From Limisphaerales bacterium (GTDB lineage Bacteria; Verrucomicrobiota; Verrucomicrobiia; Limisphaerales; JBGAJN01): a stretch of DNA of 64,000 nt. The stretch is taken from NCBI GenBank assembly GCA_044224905.1, contig JBGAJN010000002.1, positions 642,133 to 706,132 on the forward strand, given 5' to 3'. The translations under genes were made by a program, and so were the position numbers. Under the pieces are notes generated by a model that saw only the letters and a program-made list of their open reading frames with translations, was not told the origin of the DNA and did not search any database. Position 1 is the stretch's first letter. Every line of letters starts with the position of its first letter. Positions 26,412 through 35,089 of this stretch are shown here, one piece after another.

Positions 26412-27665
26412 ATGCAAACACGACGCAACTTTCTCGCAAGCTCAAGTGCCCTGCTGTCGGGCGGCGCGTTGATTTCATTATTCGCTGGCCAAGCTGCCGG
26501 GTCACGGTCCGGGGTGAAAGACCGTGACTATTGGTTTCAAATGTTGCGACGCGTCGCCGAGCCGGTGCTCGTCAATCTCGCGGAAAACAAGTTGAAGGAG
26601 CGCATGCCGATCGAGGCGCCGGCGAACACGGTGGAGAATCGCCGACAGGTCACGCACTTGGAAGCGCTGGGGCGAACACTTATGGGCATCGCGCCATGGC
26701 TCGAGCTTGCTGACAAGCCGCGGAGGGAAGCCGAAGTGGGGCAACGGTTCGGCGAACTCGCGCGCCGGTCGATTTCAAATGCGACGAATCCGGCAGCGGC
26801 GGATTTCCTCAACTTCACCTCGGGCTCGCAGCCCCTCGTCGACGCAGCTTTTCTCTCGCACGCGATCGTGCGTGCGCCGCGCGAGCTGTGGCAGAGGCTC
26901 GATCCCGTTGCTCAGCTGCGCGTGGTGGATTGCCTCAAGCAGACGCGTGCGATTAAGGCGGGGAACAACAATTGGCTGCTCTTCGCGGCGATGGTTGAGA
27001 CGGCGCTCGCGAGTGTTGGTGCCGAATGGCTCGAAGCGCCGATCGAAAAGGCGCTCACGTCGCACGAGGAGTGGTATAAAGGCGACGGCACTTATGGCGA
27101 TGGCGCGGAGTTGCACTGGGATTACTACAACAGCTTCGTGATCCAACCGATGCTGCTCGATGTTTTGGAGCACATGGGGAAGTTCACCGACAAGTGGGCG
27201 TCGATGCTGCCGCGCGTTTGTGCGCGGGCGAAACGCTACGCCGCCGTGCAAGAGCGGTTAATCGCCCCCGACGGAACGTATCCGCCGACGGGCCGCTCGC
27301 TGGCGTATCGCTGCGGTGCGTTTCAACTACTCGCGCAAATGGCGTTACGCCAGGAACTCCCCGACGGTGTCGCGCCCGCGCAGGTTCGCGGCGCGCTCAC
27401 GGCGGTGATTCGCCAGACGCTTGGCGCCAAGGGAACTTTCGACGAGCGCGGCTGGCTGCGCGTGGGCGTGGCGGGACATCAGCCCGGCCTCGCGGAAAGT
27501 TACATCAGCACCGGAAGTCTTTACCTTTGCAGCGCGGTCTTTCTTCCGCTCGGGCTGCCAGACAACGACGCCTTTTGGTCGGATCCGCCCGCCGACTGGA
27601 CGCAGAGGAAGCTTTGGTCCGGAAAAGACCTGCCAACGGATCATGCTTTGAAGAGCCCTCGCTGA
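26412..27665 (+). CDS. Tat-signal secreted protein, DUF2264-like
   Basis: Leader TRRNFLASSSALLSGGAL. The DRDYWFQMLRRVAEPVL start and helical-repeat character recall DUF2264. This assignment is from memory only. Confidence 0.45.
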   Translation: MQTRRNFLASSSALLSGGALISLFAGQAAGSRSGVKDRDYWFQMLRRVAEPVLVNLAENKLKERMPIEAPANTVENRRQVTHLEALGRTLMGIAPWLELADKPRREAEVGQRFGELARRSISNATNPAAADFLNFTSGSQPLVDAAFLSHAIVRAPRELWQRLDPVAQLRVVDCLKQTRAIKAGNNNWLLFAAMVETALASVGAEWLEAPIEKALTSHEEWYKGDGTYGDGAELHWDYYNSFVIQPMLLDVLEHMGKFTDKWASMLPRVCARAKRYAAVQERLIAPDGTYPPTGRSLAYRCGAFQLLAQMALRQELPDGVAPAQVRGALTAVIRQTLGAKGTFDERGWLRVGVAGHQPGLAESYISTGSLYLCSAVFLPLGLPDNDAFWSDPPADWTQRKLWSGKDLPTDHALKSPR

Positions 27666-27687
27666 ATTATCACCTGCGAATAGATTT

Positions 27688-29103
27688 ATGTTGCGCCGAA
27701 CGCATTTCATTTTCGTTCTCGTCGCTTTTGCGGTTTCAAGGTTTTGCCTCGCGGCGCCTCTGCCGACGGACGATGGCTACCGTGGCATCTGGTATTTCAA
27801 CCAGCCCACGAAGGACGAGTATCGCTACAAATACAGCGGCGGCTTCGCTACGTATCCGCAGCAGCACGCGCCGATCGTCATTTACTGCAAAGAGGTGGAT
27901 AAAACGTTCTTCGTTTACGGCGGCACGACGGCGCGCGGTGCGAACGACCAGCAGGAATTGCTGCACATGGTTTCATTCTTTGATCACAAGACCGGCACAG
28001 TGCCGCGCCCGCGCATCTTGTTGAACAAGCACACGGACGATGCGCACGATAATCCGACGTTGCAGGTGGATGACGCCGGACATTTGTGGGTTTTCTCGTC
28101 GTCGCACGGCACGGGGCGTCCATCCTACATTCACCGCAGTGTGAAACCGTGGGCGATTGACGAGTTCGAGCGCATCGCGGTGACGAACTTCTCCTACACG
28201 CAGCCGTGGCATGTTCCCGGCAAGGGCTTCCTCTTCCTCCATACGCGCTACAACGGTGGAAAAAGTCTCGGCATCCCGGCGGTCCGTTGCCTGTTCACCA
28301 TGACGAGCGTGGACGGGCGGGATTGGAGCGAGCCGCAGATGCTCGCGGGCATCGAGCAGGGTGACTATCAGATCAGCTGGCGCAGTGGCTCGCGCGTGGC
28401 AACGGCCTTTGATTTTCATCCGAAAATTCTCGGTCTGAATGCGCGGGCCAACATTCACTATTTGGAAACCTCTGATCAGGGAAAATCCTGGCGCACGGTG
28501 CGCGGCGAGTTGGTGAAGACGCCGATTAGTTCAACCAACAATCCTCCGCTCGCGTATGATTCCCGTGCTGACGGACGGCTGGTTTATCTCAAGGATCTGA
28601 ACTTCGATCGCGATGGTCGCCCGGTGATTTTGTTCCTGACGAGCAAAGGCTTCGAGCCCGGCCCCGAGAACGGTCCGCGCGAATGGCAGACACTTCGTTG
28701 GAGTGGCAAAGAATGGATTCGTCGCCCGTTCACCACCTCGGCGAACAACTACGACCACGGCTCGCTCTACATCGAACCCGACGGCATGTGGCGCGTGATC
28801 GCTCCGACCGAGCTCGGTCCGCAGCCCTACAATCCCGGCGGCGAGATGATAATGTGGTCGAGCCGTGACGAAGGCGCCACGTGGACGAAGTTGAAGCAAC
28901 TCACGCACAACAGCCCGCGCAATCACTCTTATGCCCGCCGTCCGCTGAATGCCCATCCGGACTTCTACGCGCTCTGGGCCGACGGTCACGGGCGCCAACC
29001 CTCCGAATCGTGCCTCTACTTCACGAACCAACGTGGTGATCACGTGTGGCGTTTGCCGTCGAAGATTGAGGGTGATTTCGCGAAGTCTGAAATTGCTTGG
29101 TGA
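27688..29103 (+). CDS. Secreted BNR_4-like repeat protein
   Basis: Signal peptide. Segments FFVYGGT, LLHMVSFFDHKTG, DDAHDNPTLQVDDAGHLWVFSSSHG and SRDEGATW (Asp-box-like). Confidence 0.5.
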   Translation: MLRRTHFIFVLVAFAVSRFCLAAPLPTDDGYRGIWYFNQPTKDEYRYKYSGGFATYPQQHAPIVIYCKEVDKTFFVYGGTTARGANDQQELLHMVSFFDHKTGTVPRPRILLNKHTDDAHDNPTLQVDDAGHLWVFSSSHGTGRPSYIHRSVKPWAIDEFERIAVTNFSYTQPWHVPGKGFLFLHTRYNGGKSLGIPAVRCLFTMTSVDGRDWSEPQMLAGIEQGDYQISWRSGSRVATAFDFHPKILGLNARANIHYLETSDQGKSWRTVRGELVKTPISSTNNPPLAYDSRADGRLVYLKDLNFDRDGRPVILFLTSKGFEPGPENGPREWQTLRWSGKEWIRRPFTTSANNYDHGSLYIEPDGMWRVIAPTELGPQPYNPGGEMIMWSSRDEGATWTKLKQLTHNSPRNHSYARRPLNAHPDFYALWADGHGRQPSESCLYFTNQRGDHVWRLPSKIEGDFAKSEIAW

Positions 29104-29181
29104 ACAATCGCTTCGCGCACCGTCAGTTCGATCGATAATTTCTGTCCAGAATCGGCGAACGCTGGCCTTAATTGGGTATAC

Positions 29182-31635
29182 ATGAAATCTCTCTCCGCAT
29201 TGTTTGCGACATTTGTCGCCGCATCGGTGTTAGACGCAGCGTCCGGTGTTGCGCCCGGCGCGCCACTTAGTGTGTCCGGAATTTATCCGCACCTCGCGTA
29301 TTTCAACAACGAGGGCGAATGCGGCACCGGTGGCGTGGTGCCGTGGGCGGGGCGCCTCTGGGTGATCACCTACGGGCCGCACTTGCCGAAAGGTTCATCG
29401 GACAAACTCTACGAAATCGACGAGCAATTGAGCGTCACCGTGCGTCCCGAGAGCATCGGTGGAACGCCGGCGAACCGTATGATTCATCGCGAGTCGCAGC
29501 AACTGTTCCTTGGACCATACGCGATCGATGCACAACGCAACGTCCGCGCGATTCCCTACACAACGATGTTCGGTCGGCACACGGGCAATGCTCGTCATCT
29601 GACGGACCCGGCGGGGAAAATTTATTACGCCACGATGGAAGAGGGCCTCTACGAAGTGGACGTGAAGTCACTCGCGGTGAATCGCCTCTGGACTGACGAG
29701 CAGCAGAAAGAGGGTCGTCACGCCGATCTGCCGGGCTATCACGGTAAGGGGCTTTATTCCGGTCAGGGCCGCGTGATCTATGCGAACAACGGCGAGCACG
29801 GCAAAGAAGCGCTTGTGAATCCAGCGATCCCTTCCGGGGTTCTCGCGGAGTGGGACGGCAAGGCCAACGCGTGGACCGTCGTGCGACGGAATCAATTCAC
29901 CGAAGTCACCGGACCCGGTGGAATTTATGGCAACGCCAATCCCGCCACCGATCCCGTGTGGAGCATCGGCTGGGATCATCGCTCACTTATCCTGATGGTG
30001 CTCGATGGCGGCACTTGGCACGCGTATCGGTTGCCGAAGGCGAGTCATTGCTACGACGGCGCGCACGGCTGGAACACCGAATGGCCGCGCATCCGCGACA
30101 TTGGTCGCGAAGGGAAACCCGACTACCTGATGACCATGCACGGGATGTTCTGGCGCTTTCCCGGAACCTTCTCGGCGAAGAATTCCGCCGGCCTCACGCC
30201 GCGCTCGACGTATTTGAAAGTCATCGGTGACTTCTGCCGTTGGAATGACCGGCTCGTCTTCGGCTGCGACGATTCTGCGAAGAGCGAGTTCCTCAACAAG
30301 CGCAAGACGAAGGGCAATCTCGAAGGTCCCGGGCAGTCGCAATCCAACCTGTGGTTCACGGATCCGGATGACATCGACGACCTTGGCGCACCGCTTGGTC
30401 GCGGCGCGGTGTGGTTCGACGAAGTGGTGAAGGCGGACAAGCCGTCGGACGCGTTTCTCTTCAGCGGCTTCGCGCGGCGCGGTGTTCACCTGACGCACGA
30501 TTCGCCGGGGCTGGCGACGTTCACTTTCGAAGCGGATATCAAGGGCAACGGGCAGTGGACGAAGCTGCGCGAGGTCACGGTGGCGGCGGGCGGTTATGAG
30601 TGGGTGGAGTTCACGTCGCGGGAAAAGGGCGCTTGGGTGCGTGTCCGCGCGAATCGTGATTGCGCGAAGGCGACGGCGTTTTTCCAGTTCAGCAACGAAG
30701 ACAATCGGCGTGAGCGTGCGGCTTCGATGTTCGCGAGCCTTGCCAAACCCGGCGACAAAACCGTGACGGGCGGCATCGTCCGCGCACGTGGGGAGAACAA
30801 GCGCACGCTGGCCTTTGCCGCAATGCGGAGTGACGCGGGGCAGGTGGCGGATACGGGCTACTATGAACTCGACGGCGGGTTGAAACTGGCCCGCGTCGAG
30901 GACGTGAAGGCGCAAAAATTTGTGAAGGACAAGGCGGCGATTCCGCACGCAGTGGTCAGCGCGGATGCGGCTTCGGTGCTGGTCGTGGATGACAAGGGCA
31001 AGCGCTGGCGATTGCCGAAGGGCGATGCCGCGTTCGACGCGCCCGGCCAGCTTGGCGACGAGCGCGTGGATCGCGAAGTTTGCACCGAGCGCGATTTGTT
31101 CAATGCCCACGGTTCTCTTTACGAACTGCCCGCAGAGAACGCCGGCGGCTTCGCGAAGATTCGACCGATCGCCACGCACAACCGCCGCATCCACGACTAC
31201 TGCTCGTATCGTGGGTTGCTCGTGCTGACGGGCCTCGCCGCCGACGCGAAAGGTGAGCACGTCATCCGATCTAACGACGGCAAGGCCTCGCTGTGGGTGG
31301 GTGCCGTCGACGACTTGTGGAAGATCGGCAAGGCGCGTGGTCACGGCGGCCCTTGGAAGAACTCGGCCGTGCGCGCAAGTGAACCGAGCGATCCGTATCT
31401 GTTCGCGGGATACGACCATAAGTCGATTCGGCTGGAACATTCTCACTCGGCTGCCGTGAACTTCCGCGTGGAAGTGGACATTACGGGAACTGGCCTGTGG
31501 CGCGCGTGGAAGACGATCACGGTGGCGCCCAACAAAGTGGTTGAGCAGAAGTTTCCCGACGCGTTCTCCGCGTATTGGGTTCGCGTCGTGGCGGACGCCG
31601 ACTGCACGGCGACGACTCAACTGGAATATCGCTAG
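29182..31635 (+). CDS. Large secreted protein of unknown function with two copies of a ~85-aa C-terminal-type domain
   Basis: 817-aa ORF with a signal peptide. SDAFLFSGF...FEADIKGNGQW...WVRVRANRDCAKATAFFQF parallels SDPYLFAGY...VEVDITGTGLW...WVRVVADADCTATTQLEY. Confidence 0.55.
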   Translation: MKSLSALFATFVAASVLDAASGVAPGAPLSVSGIYPHLAYFNNEGECGTGGVVPWAGRLWVITYGPHLPKGSSDKLYEIDEQLSVTVRPESIGGTPANRMIHRESQQLFLGPYAIDAQRNVRAIPYTTMFGRHTGNARHLTDPAGKIYYATMEEGLYEVDVKSLAVNRLWTDEQQKEGRHADLPGYHGKGLYSGQGRVIYANNGEHGKEALVNPAIPSGVLAEWDGKANAWTVVRRNQFTEVTGPGGIYGNANPATDPVWSIGWDHRSLILMVLDGGTWHAYRLPKASHCYDGAHGWNTEWPRIRDIGREGKPDYLMTMHGMFWRFPGTFSAKNSAGLTPRSTYLKVIGDFCRWNDRLVFGCDDSAKSEFLNKRKTKGNLEGPGQSQSNLWFTDPDDIDDLGAPLGRGAVWFDEVVKADKPSDAFLFSGFARRGVHLTHDSPGLATFTFEADIKGNGQWTKLREVTVAAGGYEWVEFTSREKGAWVRVRANRDCAKATAFFQFSNEDNRRERAASMFASLAKPGDKTVTGGIVRARGENKRTLAFAAMRSDAGQVADTGYYELDGGLKLARVEDVKAQKFVKDKAAIPHAVVSADAASVLVVDDKGKRWRLPKGDAAFDAPGQLGDERVDREVCTERDLFNAHGSLYELPAENAGGFAKIRPIATHNRRIHDYCSYRGLLVLTGLAADAKGEHVIRSNDGKASLWVGAVDDLWKIGKARGHGGPWKNSAVRASEPSDPYLFAGYDHKSIRLEHSHSAAVNFRVEVDITGTGLWRAWKTITVAPNKVVEQKFPDAFSAYWVRVVADADCTATTQLEYR

Positions 31636-31649
31636 CGACGGGCGTGGGC

Positions 31650-33041
31650 TTACTGCAGTTCTGGAGCGAGGGCGAGAATGCGCTGTCGGAGCCCTTCGAA
31701 AACCGGTCCGGTCTTCAGATTGGCGAGCGGTTGCCCGATCGGCAGTGCGGCGTCGAGGCGGATGTTGTTGATGATGGCGCAGAACTCACGATTGACCATC
31801 ATGCCGAGTAATTCGCCGGACTTGGTGAAGACGAGATCGCCGGTCTTCGGAGCAAATTCTCCAAACATGCGGCTGAAAATTTTGGTCTTCATTTTCACGT
31901 AGAGCGGCTTGTTCGGATCCAGTTGGAATTCCGTTTCGCCATAATACTTGCCGTCTTTGCTGATCAGCACTGCTTCCTTGAATTTCAGCGCGTTGGTGGC
32001 GATGGGATAAACTTTCGTCTTTAGCGTCGCGATTTCCTGCGGTGTCACGGGCACGACGACCACGCGCGGATCGAAGGCGTGAAAGGCGAGTTTGTGGAAG
32101 TTGACCGTGGCGTTCGGGCGCAGGAGGAAGCCGTCCACCTTGGCCCAATCGGCGCCGAATTCATTGAAGCTGAACGGCGTGTCCTGGACGTGCAGTAGTG
32201 CGTAAGTTTGGGCGCCGTCCTGCACCAAAATGGTTCCTGATTCTTTGTTGCGATTGACGTCGTTGATCAGGCCGGAGCGCATTGCCGAAATGGAAGTCTG
32301 AACCCGGTTGGAAATATATTCTCCGAAAAGTGTGTTCGGATTCTGCGCGCGGTTCTCGCGAAGTTCTTTAGTGAGCTCGCTGGAGGTCGTGGCGATCTTG
32401 CCGAGGCTCTTCGCGAGAGTTTCGGCGTGTTCGACGGCTTTGGCTTTCTCGACGCGGGCGATTTCCACTTCGCTCCGCATTTGCGTCAGATTGCTCGAGA
32501 GCAACTTCTTTTCCGCCTCGGCGACTTTGTAGGCCACGTTCAACTCATCGAGCAGACGCATCGCTTCCTGCTGCTGCCGCTCCAAGGCGCCCAGCTTGGC
32601 CGCTTGAGCCTGAGCTTCCGCGCGTTTGGCCTCCAGCGCTTGCGCTGTGACGTCGAGTTGCTCCTTCGTCAAAACAGCTACGCGAGCGGTCTCGGAAACC
32701 TTTTGGTTCAGCTCGTCGATGTTCTTTTTATTCTGCGCAACGGTGCCTTCGAGTTGCACGCGGTCCGCGCGCAGTTGTGCGAGCAGCATGTCCTGATTGG
32801 TCGCGCCTTTGTTGGCGATGAGGAGTTGCTGCGCCAATTGCTCGCGGGCGGCACGTTCATCGGAGAGTGAGAGCTTCAAGACATCGAGCAAATCCTGGCG
32901 CTTAGCCGCCGTGGCGTTGGCGGAAACTTCGCGAGCCGGACCGCCCACGACTGGTATCTGGTCAACCTTGTCCCATCGCGTTACCGCGAGCAGGTTGAGC
33001 AACAGGAAGTCGCAGATGATCAGCAGGAGCGTCTTGTTCAT
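31650..33041 (-). CDS. Single-pass membrane protein with a long coiled coil and a globular C-terminal domain
   Basis: 463-aa ORF. The N-terminal TM carries an Asp (MNKTLLLIICDFLLLNLLAVTRW). About 200 aa of heptad-like Q/E/K/A/L-rich sequence follow. The C-terminal domain contains GDLVFTKSGELLGMMVN. It lies 24 nt downstream of the polytopic partner gene. Confidence 0.6.
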   Translation of the reverse strand: MNKTLLLIICDFLLLNLLAVTRWDKVDQIPVVGGPAREVSANATAAKRQDLLDVLKLSLSDERAAREQLAQQLLIANKGATNQDMLLAQLRADRVQLEGTVAQNKKNIDELNQKVSETARVAVLTKEQLDVTAQALEAKRAEAQAQAAKLGALERQQQEAMRLLDELNVAYKVAEAEKKLLSSNLTQMRSEVEIARVEKAKAVEHAETLAKSLGKIATTSSELTKELRENRAQNPNTLFGEYISNRVQTSISAMRSGLINDVNRNKESGTILVQDGAQTYALLHVQDTPFSFNEFGADWAKVDGFLLRPNATVNFHKLAFHAFDPRVVVVPVTPQEIATLKTKVYPIATNALKFKEAVLISKDGKYYGETEFQLDPNKPLYVKMKTKIFSRMFGEFAPKTGDLVFTKSGELLGMMVNREFCAIINNIRLDAALPIGQPLANLKTGPVFEGLRQRILALAPELQ

Positions 33042-33065
33042 GCGTTCAAGTCAGCGAACTCAAAT

Positions 33066-34769
33066 TCATTTGGCGGCGATCAACACCGGCGCGGCGGCGC
33101 CTTCGGGGTCGAGTTGCATGAGCAACTTTTGCTTGTACGGGCGGACGTGTTTAATTTTTACCATCGCGACGCAGGTGATGCCGAAAAGGTTCGAGGAATA
33201 CGCCGCGAGCAGGTCGGGATCAATGACGCCGAGCACCTGCAACACCAGCGCTGTGGCGGTGCCGCCAATGCCAACGTAGAGGCCCATGTCGAAGAGGTTT
33301 TCTTCGTTTTCCGTGAGGCGGAGTTTGAGCGTCGGCGCAATGTCCTGCCGTTCGATGTCGCGGAGCTTTTTCAGACACACGACGTAAACGAGCAGTTGCA
33401 GCAACGCAAAGACCGCGATCGAAAGAATGGTCGAATTTTGCATACGGGCTTTAGGAGGTGTTGGTTTCTGGGACGCTAATTGTTTGGAAGATTTTGAAGT
33501 GGCGATGGAGACTCGATACTGGCTGCCGCCGAGCTTGAGTCCGCTCATCAGAAACGGCTCGCTGACGGTGACCACGCCCAAAGTGAACAGTAGTGCCAGC
33601 AGCGCAGTCTGCAACTTTGGCAGTGTTCCGCGCATCGTGCTCGCGCCGATGGGGGCGTTGAAAAAGGCCACGCCTTGGAACACGAGGAATCCGCCCAAGA
33701 AGAATGCGAGATACTTCAACGCGAGCGCCACGCGCGGAACCATGAGGCAGAAATTCACGACAGCGGGATGTTCCAGACTTCGTGCGTGATTGACCGGCAC
33801 TTGACGGCTGATCAATTCGTTCAACGCGCCCTGGCCGTATTGCAGTCCCAGCGTGAGATCTGCCAGGCCTTCCTTCTCGAACTTCACGAGGTAGTTGGCG
33901 ACGCCTTCGGGATTCGGCAAGCCGTTCGCTTTGCGCGAGAGCAGGGCGGCGGTGTAAATAATCGGGAGTTTCTCCGATTCTACTTGGGCGACTTGGGCGA
34001 TCTGCGAAAGCGTTTTGATTTCGGCGCATTGCCGGAGCAAATCCCCGAGTTGGCAAAGGTCGAGGCGTTTTCCCAGCGAGAGCATGTCGAGGTAGAAATC
34101 TTCCAGCTTACCCATCTGCTTGGATTGAATCGCCGACTCGGCGAGCGATTGCACTTCCTTTGCCATCGAATCGGAAAACCGGCTCCCTTGGAATAGCAAT
34201 GCCGTTAGCAGAATTGTCGCGTCGAGCGGTTGTCCGCCGGGTTCGAGGGCTGGAGTGAAGCTCGCAGTGCGGGTGACCTCGCGTGTTTGCATCAGAGCGA
34301 GGACCCCTGGAACGCGCGTGTTGGCCAGCAGACCGCGCACGGTGGAGCGCGCGCGTTCCGAGAGGAAGATCGGAAGCACTGGTTCGCTGCGCGGCGGCAC
34401 GGCGGGTTCGCGCCATTTGAAAATTGCTTCGAGATACGGTTCACGCGAACCCCACGGGATCAGTTCGGGATGTTGCGTTGAAATTTCCGACAATCCGCTG
34501 GCGAGCCTCGGCGCGTCGGGTGCGCGCAATAGCTTGGCGGCGTCGAGCGCGAGTCGCGCGGGACCTGGACGTTCCTGTTTGAGAAGATGGAGTCCGAAAT
34601 CGGTTACGGAACTTGAGTTGCGTCCCGCCTCTTTCAGGATCAGCGGATTGATCGACTTGAGATTAACCGGCAGCAACCACGCCGCGGCAAAAAGCACCAC
34701 GCCGCCGAGAATCAACGCGACGGCGAGCACCGGCGAGGACTGCCGGCTAGTGCTGTTGTTCAGAGCCAT
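33066..34769 (-). CDS. Polytopic membrane protein, possible divergent MotA/ExbB/TolQ-like channel subunit
   Basis: 567-aa ORF with an N-terminal TM, a ~300-aa soluble region, then about five TM segments. The last two (FDMGLYVGIGGTATALVLQVLGV and AAYSSNLFGITCVAMVKI) loosely resemble the GL(F/L)GT and following helices of MotA_ExbB. The family call is inference. Confidence 0.55.
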   Translation of the reverse strand: MALNNSTSRQSSPVLAVALILGGVVLFAAAWLLPVNLKSINPLILKEAGRNSSSVTDFGLHLLKQERPGPARLALDAAKLLRAPDAPRLASGLSEISTQHPELIPWGSREPYLEAIFKWREPAVPPRSEPVLPIFLSERARSTVRGLLANTRVPGVLALMQTREVTRTASFTPALEPGGQPLDATILLTALLFQGSRFSDSMAKEVQSLAESAIQSKQMGKLEDFYLDMLSLGKRLDLCQLGDLLRQCAEIKTLSQIAQVAQVESEKLPIIYTAALLSRKANGLPNPEGVANYLVKFEKEGLADLTLGLQYGQGALNELISRQVPVNHARSLEHPAVVNFCLMVPRVALALKYLAFFLGGFLVFQGVAFFNAPIGASTMRGTLPKLQTALLALLFTLGVVTVSEPFLMSGLKLGGSQYRVSIATSKSSKQLASQKPTPPKARMQNSTILSIAVFALLQLLVYVVCLKKLRDIERQDIAPTLKLRLTENEENLFDMGLYVGIGGTATALVLQVLGVIDPDLLAAYSSNLFGITCVAMVKIKHVRPYKQKLLMQLDPEGAAAPVLIAAK

Positions 34770-35089
34770 GCGGGCAAAGTATGGTATTCAATCGGGTAGA
34801 GCAAAAACAAATCCAACTCCGTTTAACGCGACCTCAAACGGAAATTGGGCAGCGAAGTTGACTCAACCCGTTGCGGCTTAATTCAAATGAAACCGCACGG
34901 ACATTTGTCTCTCGGCAAAATTGTCCACATTCGGGCAATCTCTGCCGCGCGATCGCGCACCTGAAGCGAGACTCCACCAATCTTCCGACACCGCGCGTCG
35001 AGAAGCATTCAATCTTCCTTCGTTGAGCGAGGAAACGGAAAAGTGGAAAAGCGCGTCGCGAGGGAACACAGCTCACGCAGTATCGGAAA

